From Elusimicrobiota bacterium (lineage in GTDB: Bacteria > Elusimicrobiota > Elusimicrobia > UBA1565 > UBA9628), in NCBI GenBank assembly GCA_016182905.1, contig JACPFR010000005.1, positions 76,185-140,184 of the forward strand: a stretch of DNA of 64,000 bases, in the 5' to 3' direction. Both the position numbers and the translations under genes were made by a program. Of this stretch, positions 16,821 through 27,943 are shown in pieces. How positions within the stretch are numbered: the first letter of the stretch is position 1; each line of letters starts with the position of its first letter. Under the pieces are notes generated by a model that worked only from the letters and a program-made list of their open reading frames with translations, made no database searches and was not told the origin of the DNA.

Positions 16821-17900
16821 TTACCTCTCCTTGATTTTAGGAAAAACCAGCGAGGCGATCACGCCGCCCGCCAGGATCGTCAGCACGAGCAGAAGGATCC
16901 AGAGGTTGAAGTTGCCGCCGAGGACGGCCTTCAGCCAGGTGTGCGCCATCATCTTGATCCCGACCAGGAGCAACACGAGGGCCAGGGCGGTCTTCAGGTG
17001 ATGGAAGCTGTCGATCATGCCCTCGAGCGCGAAGTACAGGCTGCGCAGGCCGAGGATCGCGAAGACGTTGCTCGTGAAGACGAGGAACGGGTCGGTCGTG
17101 ATCGCGAATATGGCCGGGATCGAGTCCACCGCGAACACCAGGTCGGTGAACTCGACGACGATGAGCGCCAGCAGCAGCGGCGTCATCATCCACGTCCCGT
17201 GCTTCGCCCGGTCCACGGCGTGGTCGACCTGCTCGTCGGCTCCGGGGACGGGGGCCTCGTGGGAGGCCTTGGTGCCCGCCTTCACGAAGAAATGCTCCCC
17301 GTGGAAGCGGTCGGTGACGGGGAGGACCTTGCGCGCCCATCGGATGAACGCGCTGCCCGCCGGGTCGGCCTCGTCCTCCTTGATGAGCATCATCTTCAGC
17401 GCGGTCAGGATCAGGATCCCGCCGAACAGGTAGATGGTCCAGGAGAAGCGCGCGATCATCTGCGCGCCGACGGCGATCATGACGCCGCGCATGAGCAGGG
17501 CGCCGAGGATGCCCCAGAACAGCACGCGGTGGCGGTACAGCGCCGGGACCTTGATCATGCCGAACACCATCGCGATCACGAAGATGTTGTCCACCGAGAG
17601 CGACTTCTCGATGAGGTAGCCGGTCAGGAACTTCAGGGCCGCCGCGCGGCCGTCGTTCTGTCCGAGAGGGTTCGCCGCGGACACCGACATCAGGTCCGCG
17701 GTCAGCCCGATGCCGTTCCAGTGGCTTTCATAAAGGAAGTAGACCACGGCGGTGAAGGCCAGGCCCAGCGTGATCCACGCCGCGGACCACTTCAGGGCCT
17801 CCTTGGTCTTGACCACGTGGGCCTCGCGGTGGAACACCCCGAGGTCGAGGGCCAGAAGGGCGAGGACGAAGGCGATGAACGAGGACCAGATCCAGATCAT
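16821..17900 (-). CDS. terC: TerC/Alx family membrane protein (Mn2+-related)
   Basis: Start MIWIWSSF at 17900 with RBS aaggag; IEKSLSVDN and DLVFAVDSIPAI motifs. Confidence 0.93.
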   Translation of the reverse strand: MIWIWSSFIAFVLALLALDLGVFHREAHVVKTKEALKWSAAWITLGLAFTAVVYFLYESHWNGIGLTADLMSVSAANPLGQNDGRAAALKFLTGYLIEKSLSVDNIFVIAMVFGMIKVPALYRHRVLFWGILGALLMRGVMIAVGAQMIARFSWTIYLFGGILILTALKMMLIKEDEADPAGSAFIRWARKVLPVTDRFHGEHFFVKAGTKASHEAPVPGADEQVDHAVDRAKHGTWMMTPLLLALIVVEFTDLVFAVDSIPAIFAITTDPFLVFTSNVFAILGLRSLYFALEGMIDSFHHLKTALALVLLLVGIKMMAHTWLKAVLGGNFNLWILLLVLTILAGGVIASLVFPKIKER

Positions 17901-17936
17901 GCGGCGCTCCTTTGCGACGGCGCCGCGCGAGCACAT

Positions 17937-18050
17937 AAAAAAAGACCTCGCGCGTGCGCGCAAGGTCTTGATCGGCCCTTTCGGGACCCGCTGGACCGGC
18001 TCTTTCGAGCGTATTGACGGCCCAGCAGCCGAGGATCTACTCCCCTTACT
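17937..18050 (-). ncRNA. yybP-ykoY manganese riboswitch with intrinsic terminator
   Basis: TAAGGGGAGTAG...CCGTCAATAC...CAAGACCTTG, then hairpin AAGACCTTGCGCG/CGCGCGAGGTCTT plus T tract, directly upstream of TerC. Confidence 0.92.
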
Positions 18051-18057
18051 GAAAACG

Positions 18058-18086
18058 AGTATAGCATAGGTGACTGATTTTGTCAA
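18058..18086 (-). promoter_or_regulatory. Near-consensus sigma70 promoter for riboswitch-terC-htpX
   Basis: TTGACA (18086-81), 17 bp, TATACT (18063-58). Confidence 0.85.
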
Positions 18087-18104
18087 GTATGGTATCCTGT
18101 ACGC

Positions 18105-18761
18105 ATGAGAAAGCTGGTCGAGGGCATCGTCAGGTTCCGCCGCGAGATGCGGCCAGAGTACCGCGCGCAGTTCGCCCACCTGGCACTCGACCAGAAGCCC
18201 GACACTTTGTTCGTCGCCTGCTCCGACAGCCGCGTCGTGCCCAACACCTTCGCCTCGACCGACCCCGGCGACCTCTTCGTCCTGCGCAACCCGGGCAACA
18301 TCATCCCGAGCGAGGCGGCCTCGCGCGCGCCCGCCGCGGCGGGCGCGGCCGCGGCCGTGGAGTTCGCGGTGCGCCGCCTCGGCGTCACCGACGCGGTCGT
18401 GTGCGGGCATTCCGACTGCGGCGCGATGAAGGCGCTGTCCTCGGGCACGGAGGCGAGCGGCGGCCCGTTGGCGGCCTGGCTCGAATCGGCGGGGGACTCG
18501 CTGCGCGAGCTGGAGCGGCGCCCGGAGCTCTCGCCGGAACGCCCGCTCCACGACCGCCTGGCCCAGGCCCACGCGCTCGTCCAACTCGAGCACCTGAAGA
18601 CGCACGGGCCGGTGCGGGAGGCGCTGGCCGCCGGACGCCTGCGCCTGCACGCCTGGTGGTTCGACCTCGCCGGCGCCGACGTCCACGCCTGGGAGCCGGA
18701 ACTGGGCCGGTTCACGCTCATCGACGAGAAGGAGGCGGAGCGCATACTCGCCCGCTCATGA
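18105..18761 (+). CDS. Beta-class carbonic anhydrase
   Basis: ACSDSRV and GHSDCGAM zinc ligands. Confidence 0.94.
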   Translation: MRKLVEGIVRFRREMRPEYRAQFAHLALDQKPDTLFVACSDSRVVPNTFASTDPGDLFVLRNPGNIIPSEAASRAPAAAGAAAAVEFAVRRLGVTDAVVCGHSDCGAMKALSSGTEASGGPLAAWLESAGDSLRELERRPELSPERPLHDRLAQAHALVQLEHLKTHGPVREALAAGRLRLHAWWFDLAGADVHAWEPELGRFTLIDEKEAERILARS

Positions 18762-19522
18762 GCGCGCTCACCGTCGTCGTCCCCGCGCACGACGCCGGCC
18801 CCTTCCTCCGGGAGGCGGTCGACAGCCTTCTGGCCGAGCGCCTGCCCGGCCTCGAGATCGTCGTCGTCGACGACGGCTCCACCGACGGAAGCCTCCGGTC
18901 CGTCGAGCGCCTTCCCATCCGGCTCGTGCGGCAGAAGAACAGGGGCGAGGCGGCGGCGCGCAACGCGGGCGTGCGGGTCGCGACGGCCCCGTTCGTGACC
19001 TTCCTCGACGCCGACGACGTCCTGGCCCCGGGGGCGCTCGCCTCCCGGCTCGAGTTCCTGTCGGCTCATCCGGAGGAATGCGCCGTCGGAGGCCTGCCCT
19101 CGCGCCTCATCGACGAGAGCGGCCGGACCGCGGCCGAGGTGTTCGCGCGGATGTCGGCGAAGCTCGTTTTCCCTTTCCGGTTGAACGACGCGTTCTATCG
19201 CGCCGGGAATTTCTTCCCCGTGTCCTGCTCCCTCTATCTCTACCGGCGCGAGGCGTTCGACCGCGTCGGCCCTTACGACGAGGCCTTGCCGGCCGCGCCC
19301 GACTGCGACTTCCATTTCCGGCTCCTGAAGTCCGTCGAGATCCCGGTCCTGCGGGTGCCGGTCTTCGACCGCCGCCTCCACGGGGGCAACCTGTCCTTGA
19401 CGGGCGCGGGGGCGAAGGCGCCGTCGTTCCGCCCCGAGATCCTCGACGCGGTGCGCCTGATCAACCGCCGCCACGGCTTCGACCCGAAGGAGATCTCCCC
19501 GTGGGAGAACGAGTATCTATGA
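18758..19522 (+). CDS. Glycosyltransferase family 2
   Basis: MSALTVVVPAHD, VVDDGSTD, AARNAG, FLDADD; ATGA overlaps at both ends. Confidence 0.9.
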   Translation: MSALTVVVPAHDAGPFLREAVDSLLAERLPGLEIVVVDDGSTDGSLRSVERLPIRLVRQKNRGEAAARNAGVRVATAPFVTFLDADDVLAPGALASRLEFLSAHPEECAVGGLPSRLIDESGRTAAEVFARMSAKLVFPFRLNDAFYRAGNFFPVSCSLYLYRREAFDRVGPYDEALPAAPDCDFHFRLLKSVEIPVLRVPVFDRRLHGGNLSLTGAGAKAPSFRPEILDAVRLINRRHGFDPKEISPWENEYL

Positions 19523-20199
19523 ATGAAGGCGCGGTCCTGATCACCGGCGGGGGGAGCGGCATCGGCGCGGCCTGCGCCGCGGAGTTCCTGCGCCGCGGAC
19601 GCTCCGTCGCCGTCGTCGGCCGCACGGCGAGCCGCCTGAGGGCCGTGAAGGGCGCGCTGGCGCTGGCGGGAGACGTCGGCGACGAGGCCTTCGCGCGCCG
19701 CGCCTTCGCGGCGGCGCGCAGGCGCTTCGGCTCCGTGGACGTCCTCGTCAACAACGCGGCCTGGCTCGTCAAGAAGAGCCTCGTCGACACCACGGCCGCG
19801 GAGTGGGACGAGACCATGCGCACGAACCTGCGCGGGCCTTTCCTGTTCAGCCGCGAGTTCCTCCGCGCCGCGAGGCCCGGCCGGGCGATCGTCAACATCG
19901 GCTCGCTCGGCGGCGTCCAGGGGACCGCGAAGTTCCCCGGCCTCTCGGCCTACACGGTCAGCAAGTACGGGATCACGGGGCTGACCGCGGCGCTCGCCGT
20001 CGAGGCGCGGCCGCGGGGCGTCGCGGTGTTCTGCGTCGCCCCGGGCGCCGTGGACACGGCGATGCTCCGCAAGGCGGCGCCGGGCCTGAAGGCCGGGGCC
20101 CTTCCCCCGGACGTCGCCCGCGTCGTGGCGGACCTGGCCCTCTCCGACCGCCCCGACCTGCTGTCGGGCGCCGTGATCCCGCTGGACACCAACCGATGA
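19519..20199 (+). CDS. SDR family oxidoreductase (candidate sepiapterin reductase)
   Basis: TGGGSGIG, NNA and YTVSK motifs. Substrate inferred only from context. Confidence 0.88.
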   Translation: MNEGAVLITGGGSGIGAACAAEFLRRGRSVAVVGRTASRLRAVKGALALAGDVGDEAFARRAFAAARRRFGSVDVLVNNAAWLVKKSLVDTTAAEWDETMRTNLRGPFLFSREFLRAARPGRAIVNIGSLGGVQGTAKFPGLSAYTVSKYGITGLTAALAVEARPRGVAVFCVAPGAVDTAMLRKAAPGLKAGALPPDVARVVADLALSDRPDLLSGAVIPLDTNR

Positions 20200-20609
20200 G
20201 CGCCAAGGCCTTCGTCACCCGCCGCATGACCTTCTCCGCGGGCCACCGCCTGCACAACGACGCCCTGTCCGCCGAGGAGAACCGCCTCCTCTACGGCAAG
20301 TGCGACAACCCCAACGGCCACGGCCACAACTTCACCGTCGAGGTCACGGTCGCCGGCGAGATCGATCCCCGCAGCGGCATGGTGTTCAACCTCCGCGACC
20401 TGAAGAAGGTCATGGTCGAGGTCGTCGAGGACGGTCTCGACCACAAGAACCTCAACCTCGACGTCCCCGTGTTCAAGGGCGTGATCCCGACGGCGGAGAA
20501 CATCGCCGTCGTGATCTGGGACCTGCTCGCCGCGCGCCTGCCGAAGGGCGCCCTCCACGAGGTGAGGCTCGTCGAGACCGAGAACAACTTCGTCTCCTAC
20601 CGCGGCTAA
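20196..20609 (+). CDS. 6-pyruvoyl-tetrahydropterin synthase, PTPS-II type (often auto-annotated QueD)
   Basis: FSAGHRL, CDNPNGHGH (C-x5-HGH), LDHKNLN, TAENIA and ETENN motifs. Confidence 0.9.
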   Translation: MSAKAFVTRRMTFSAGHRLHNDALSAEENRLLYGKCDNPNGHGHNFTVEVTVAGEIDPRSGMVFNLRDLKKVMVEVVEDGLDHKNLNLDVPVFKGVIPTAENIAVVIWDLLAARLPKGALHEVRLVETENNFVSYRG

Positions 20610-22288
20610 AGCCGTCCGTGGCGCAGGATGGCCAGCAGGAGCCAGAACGCCATCACGGCCGACAGCAGGAAGCCGCCCAGGCCGAACACCGGGATGCCGC
20701 GCCAGTGCGGCGGGATGCCGGCGTGCACGAGCAGCGCCGAGCCGATGACGAGCGCGCCCAGCAGCAGGGCGTAGGCGAGGCGGTTGCTGGCCTGGTCGAG
20801 CCCGGTCAGGACCGGCTCGAGGCCCTTGTGCTCGAACTCGATGAGCAGGCGCCCGCGGCGGGCCTGGCGGATGAGCTCCCGCAGCTCGGAGGGCGCCGAG
20901 GCCAGCAGGTCCAAGGTCTCGCGTCCGGCGTCCGCGAGGCGCTCGGCGAAGCGGCCGGACGACGCGCGCTCCTCGTGCACGCGGCGCACGAACGGGGCGC
21001 AGGCCGTGATCGCGTCGAACCGGGGGTCCAGCCTCAGCGCGAGGCTCTCGAGCTCGGTCAGCGCCTTGACCATCAGGTAGAGCTCGGGCGGGATGCGCAC
21101 GCCGTGCCGGGCCGTGATCTGGAAGAGCTGCTCGAGCATCCGTCCCAGGCGCCACTCGGCGAGGGGACGGTAGGCGTACTGGTCCATCAGCTCGCCCATG
21201 TCGTCCACGAACAAGCGGGGGTCGGGCTCCTCGTCGTAGTCCGCGAGAGAGAGGAGGGCCCGGCCCAGCAGGGCCTCGTCGCGCTCCGTGACGGCGAAGA
21301 AGACGTCGGCCAGGCCCTCGCGCGTCGCGCGGTCGAGCCGGCCGGTCATGCCGAAGTCCACGTAGGCGACGACGTGGTCCGCCTGGACGAACAGGTTCCC
21401 CGGGTGCGGGTCGGCGTGGAAGAAGCCGTGGTCGAAGATCATCGCGAGGTACTGGCGGCCGAGGTTCTCGGCGACGATCCGGGGATCGAGGCCGGCGCGC
21501 TCGATCGCCGCGACGTCCCCGGCCTTGATCCCGCCGACGCGCTCCAAGGTCAGCACGCGCGAGGAGCTCAGGGCCCGGTGCGCCTCGGGGACGCGGACCG
21601 TGGGATCGTCCTCGAACTGGCGGGCGAAGCGCTCGGTGTGCGCGGCCTCGAGCGCGAAGTCCATCTCCCGGTCGAGGGAGCGGGAGATCTCGGAGATCAC
21701 GCGCGTCGGCTTGCGCCGGCTCCACTCGGGGGAGTGCTTCTCGGCCATGGCCGCGAGATGCGACATGATCTCGAGATCCACGGCGACGACGCGCCGGATG
21801 TCGGGCCGCTCGATCTTGACGACGACCTCGCGCCCGTCCGCCAGGCGGGCCGCGTGGATCTGCGCGATCGAGGCCGCCGCGAGCGGGCGGGCGTCGAAGC
21901 GCGTGAAGAGCTTGGAGACGGGCCGGCCGAGGTCCTCCTCGACGATGCGCCGCGCCTCCTCCTCGGGGAACGGCGGGACGCTGTCCTGGAGCTTGGACAG
22001 CTCGCGGAGATACTCGGCGGAGAACAGGTCGGCGCGCGTGGACAGGTACTGCCCGGCCTTGACGAAGGTCGGGCCGAGCTCCTGCAGGGCCAGGCGCACG
22101 CGCTCGGCGCGCGACGCCGTCTCCACCGGCGGACGGCTCATGAAGCCGCGCAGGCCGGCCTCGAGATGGGAATCGAGGCGCATCATGTGCAGCAGGTCGC
22201 CGAAGCCGTGCTTGGCGAGGACCGCGGCCACCTCACGATAGCGGTTCAGGTGGCGGTACGTCCGCCCCAGGACCTGCAGGCCGCCCAT
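20606..22288 (-). CDS. ABC1/AarF/UbiB family kinase with C-terminal TM helices
   Basis: LGPTFVKAGQ, AAASIAQIH, FFHADPHPGN and DFG motifs. Confidence 0.93.
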   Translation of the reverse strand: MGGLQVLGRTYRHLNRYREVAAVLAKHGFGDLLHMMRLDSHLEAGLRGFMSRPPVETASRAERVRLALQELGPTFVKAGQYLSTRADLFSAEYLRELSKLQDSVPPFPEEEARRIVEEDLGRPVSKLFTRFDARPLAAASIAQIHAARLADGREVVVKIERPDIRRVVAVDLEIMSHLAAMAEKHSPEWSRRKPTRVISEISRSLDREMDFALEAAHTERFARQFEDDPTVRVPEAHRALSSSRVLTLERVGGIKAGDVAAIERAGLDPRIVAENLGRQYLAMIFDHGFFHADPHPGNLFVQADHVVAYVDFGMTGRLDRATREGLADVFFAVTERDEALLGRALLSLADYDEEPDPRLFVDDMGELMDQYAYRPLAEWRLGRMLEQLFQITARHGVRIPPELYLMVKALTELESLALRLDPRFDAITACAPFVRRVHEERASSGRFAERLADAGRETLDLLASAPSELRELIRQARRGRLLIEFEHKGLEPVLTGLDQASNRLAYALLLGALVIGSALLVHAGIPPHWRGIPVFGLGGFLLSAVMAFWLLLAILRHGRL

Positions 22289-22301
22289 GGCTCCTCCCGC
22301 G

Positions 22302-22781
22302 CTATTCGACTTTGACGCTCCGGCCGGCGTGGACGCGGGACCGGGACAAGGTCACGCGCAGGATCCCGTTGCGGCACGCCGCTCTCGCCGTGGACGGCTT
22401 GACCTGGTCGGGCAGGCGCACCCGGCGCAGGAACTCGCCCCGCGGCAGCTCGCGCCGCCCCGCCCCGTGCGCGCGTCCCTCCTCGCGCCGGCGGCCGCTG
22501 ACGGTGAGCATGTCCTCGGTGACGCTGACCTTCATGTCGGCCTTGTCCACGCCGGGGAGGGCGAAGCAGACCGTGATCTCGTCGGCGCGCTCCTCCACGT
22601 CGGCTTCCGGGACCCAGAGCGCGAGCTGGGAGGGCGCCGCCTCGGCCAGCCGGGACATCAGCATGCGGCGCGCCGGGTACCAGCCCCCGGCCACGGCCTG
22701 CTCCACGCCTTCCAGGATGTCGTGCACCGGCTCCCAGCCGGAGCCGTCGGTCTCTCGCGGCGAGCGCTTGTTCGTGGTCAT
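22302..22781 (-). CDS. Hsp20/alpha-crystallin small heat shock protein
   Basis: LPGVDK...LTVSG...F.RRVRLP...NGILRVTL. Confidence 0.88.
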   Translation of the reverse strand: MTTNKRSPRETDGSGWEPVHDILEGVEQAVAGGWYPARRMLMSRLAEAAPSQLALWVPEADVEERADEITVCFALPGVDKADMKVSVTEDMLTVSGRRREEGRAHGAGRRELPRGEFLRRVRLPDQVKPSTARAACRNGILRVTLSRSRVHAGRSVKVE

Positions 22782-23716
22782 GGCGTCCTCCTGCTCCCTG
22801 ACGGCTTACGACGCAACGAAACGGCGCGGCCCCAGAACCGCAGGTCGTTGCGGCCCAGCTTCTTGACCGCGTACATCGCCCGGTCGGCCTTGGCGAGCAG
22901 TCGTTCCGGCGTGGTCCGGCCTTCGATCATGCAGCCCCCGATGCTGACCGAGGTCCGGACCCGGCGGCCGCGCAAGGTGAACGGCCGCCTCATGACGTGC
23001 AGGATCTTGCGGGCCACCCGGGCGGCGTCCTGCCGGCCCGAGACCGGGTCGAGGAGCAGGGCGAACTCGTCGCCCGCCCAGCGGGCCACGACGTCGGTCC
23101 GCCGGACGCAGCCGCGCAGGCGCGCCGCCACCGCCATCAGGAAGGCGTCGCCCGCGGCGTGGCCCCAGCGGTCGTTGACGTCCTTGAAGTAGTCGAGGTC
23201 GAGGAAGAGGACGCAGAGCTGGTCGCGGGAGGGGCGGCCGGCCAGCGCGCGCCGCAGTCGCTCGTTGAAGAGGCGGCGGTTGGGGAGGCCCGTCAGGGGG
23301 TCGTACTGGGCGAGATGCGTGAGGCGCTCCTCGTTGAGCTTCGGGCTCGTGATGTCGCGCGAGATGCCGATGTAGCAGCGCGTGTGGCCCCAGGCGTCGG
23401 TGATCGCGCTGATCGTGAGCCATTCGAGGTAGACCGCGCCGTTCTTGCGCCGGTTCCAGATCTCGCCCTGCCAGCAGCCGGCGCGGCGGATGTCGCTCCA
23501 CATCCGGCGGAAGAACGCGCGGTCGTGCTTGCCGGAGTGTAGGATGCGCGGATTCCGGCCGATCAGCTCCTCGCGCGGGTAGCCGGTGACGGAGCAGAAG
23601 GCGTCGTTGGCCGCCATGATCGAGCCGTGGGGGTCGGTGATGACGACGCCGTCGTGCATGGATTGGATGACCTGCCATGCCGTGATGGACAGCGCCGGCT
23701 CGCGCGACCTGGCCAT
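22778..23716 (-). CDS. PAS-GGDEF diguanylate cyclase (start uncertain)
   Basis: PAS/PAC domain (GYPREELIG...WQGEIWNRRKNG); YDPLTGLPNR; RRTD I-site and AGDEF. Confidence 0.9.
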   Translation of the reverse strand: MARSREPALSITAWQVIQSMHDGVVITDPHGSIMAANDAFCSVTGYPREELIGRNPRILHSGKHDRAFFRRMWSDIRRAGCWQGEIWNRRKNGAVYLEWLTISAITDAWGHTRCYIGISRDITSPKLNEERLTHLAQYDPLTGLPNRRLFNERLRRALAGRPSRDQLCVLFLDLDYFKDVNDRWGHAAGDAFLMAVAARLRGCVRRTDVVARWAGDEFALLLDPVSGRQDAARVARKILHVMRRPFTLRGRRVRTSVSIGGCMIEGRTTPERLLAKADRAMYAVKKLGRNDLRFWGRAVSLRRKPSGSRRTP

Positions 23717-24113
23717 ATCGTCGGGTCGTGCAATGGACCGGCCAAGGGGGGGAAAAGCATGCCCGGGGAGCGGGCACGGTCGACGCGACGTACGCGTCCG
23801 AGCTCGCTGCTCCCGGGGGAGGTGACGGGTCATCCCGGCCTCCGCATAAGGGAGGTGCAATGGAACGGCCAGGGCGGGCCGAGTCGTAGCGTTGCACCAG
23901 GGTTTTCGACGCAGGAGGGTCTATGCCGCGGACCATCGAGTTCGGCCGGCGGCGGGACGAGTGCGCCGCATGACCGCCCCGCACGAGCCCGCCAAGGCGG
24001 TATCCCGCATCCTCGAGGCGCTGTCCCGCTTCGAGCCCGCTCCCCGTCCCGTCTCCCTGCTCCTCAAATAACGCGGTCGCCCACCCGGTGGAGCATTCGT
24101 TGCTGGCGAGGGA

Positions 24114-26652
<2,539 letters not shown>

Positions 26653-26678
<26 letters not shown>

Positions 26679-27693
26679 TGTCGTAGAAGCCGAAGGCGAG
26701 CGCGATCGCGAGCGGGCCGATGAACAGGCCGGCGATCCCGAAGGCCTTCAGCGCCCCGATCACCGCGACGAACACCAGCGGGATCGGGAGCTTCGTCTGG
26801 GCGCCGAGGAGGATGGGGCGCACGACGTTGTCCGACAGGCTCACGACGAGCACGAACCAGAGGGCGAGCGCCGCCGCCTTCGCCGCGGCCCCCTGGAGCG
26901 CCGTATAGGCCACGACCGGCACCCAGATCACCGCGGAGCCGACGAAGGGGATCGGCGAGAGCAGGACGCAGGCGGAGCCGAGGAGGAAGGCGAAAGGCAC
27001 CCCGAACAGCGCGAAGCCCGCCCAGGCGAGCGTTCCCTGGAGAAGGGCGACCGCGAATATGCCGTTGGCGACGGCGAGCAGGACGCCGCGGATCCGCGTC
27101 AGCAGCCGGGCCTTGTCCGCCTCCGGGAGCGGGATCAGCTCGCTGGCGCGGCGGACGACGTCCTCCCCGTCGCGCAGGAACAGGAACAGCGCCGCGGCGA
27201 ACACGGCGAAGTTGAGGAAGACGACCGCCGCGTTCTTGGCCAAGGCCCGCGCCGCGCCGCCCGCCCAGGCGCCGACCTGGTCGAGGTTCTCGAGCACGGC
27301 CTGACGCGGCTTGAGGTTCAGCGCCGCGGCCAGGTCGCGGCCCGTCGCGACGACGCCCGCGAGCCTCTGCGGCGGCTTCCAGCCGGCCCCGCCGTTCTCC
27401 GACAGCACGGCCAGCCGGTAGCGGGCCGCCGGATAGGCCTCCTCGGCCTCGCGCAGGAGGGCCCAGCCGCCGAAGAAGAACGGCACGGCCCCGGTCAGGC
27501 ACACCAGCGCCGTCAGCGCGGCGGCCGCCGCCCCGGGACGGCGCGGCGCGCGGCCCGCGCAGGACTTGTGCAGGGGGGCGAGGACGAGCGCGACCGAGGC
27601 GGCTGCGAGCAGCGCGCCGAGGAACGGGGCGAAGAGGCGCGCCGCGAGCAGGGCCAGCAGCAGGCCGGCGACGGCGAGGAAGCGGGTCTCCAT
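26653..27693 (-). CDS. AI-2E family transporter
   Basis: Hydrophobic; IPFVG, DNVVRP and FGIAGLFIGP motifs. Confidence 0.9.
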
Positions 27694-27733
27694 ACCGGGT
27701 GAGCCAGCAACGTTCCTGCCCGCCTCGCGCCGG

Positions 27734-27943
27734 TCATCGCGTATCCGCGGGGTCGCGGGGGGCCGTCCCGAGCCTGCGCAGGACGTCCTCCATCAGGCAC
27801 CAGCGCGTGAACGCGGACTGGAGGAGGTTCGCCCCGACGAAGGCGGTGAACCAGAGGAACCGCGCGTCGACCCAGTGGGCCAGCGCGAGGCTCGCGAGGA
27901 TGAAGCTCCCCGCGATGGCGCGTATCTGTCGTTCGATCGTCAT
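27734..27943 (-). CDS. DUF2892 / YgaP-like small membrane protein
   Basis: MTIERQIRAIAGSFIL...FVGANLLQSAFTRWCLME; ATGA overlap with the RND gene. Confidence 0.88.
   Translation of the reverse strand: MTIERQIRAIAGSFILASLALAHWVDARFLWFTAFVGANLLQSAFTRWCLMEDVLRRLGTAPRDPADTR

Noticed and set aside
17901-18686. N-terminal extension making TerC 621 aa
   Set aside because: It runs through the riboswitch, the promoter and antisense carbonic anhydrase; the real start with RBS is at 17900.
20196-20609. Call as queD
   Set aside because: Motif is C-x5-HGH and no other que genes are nearby.
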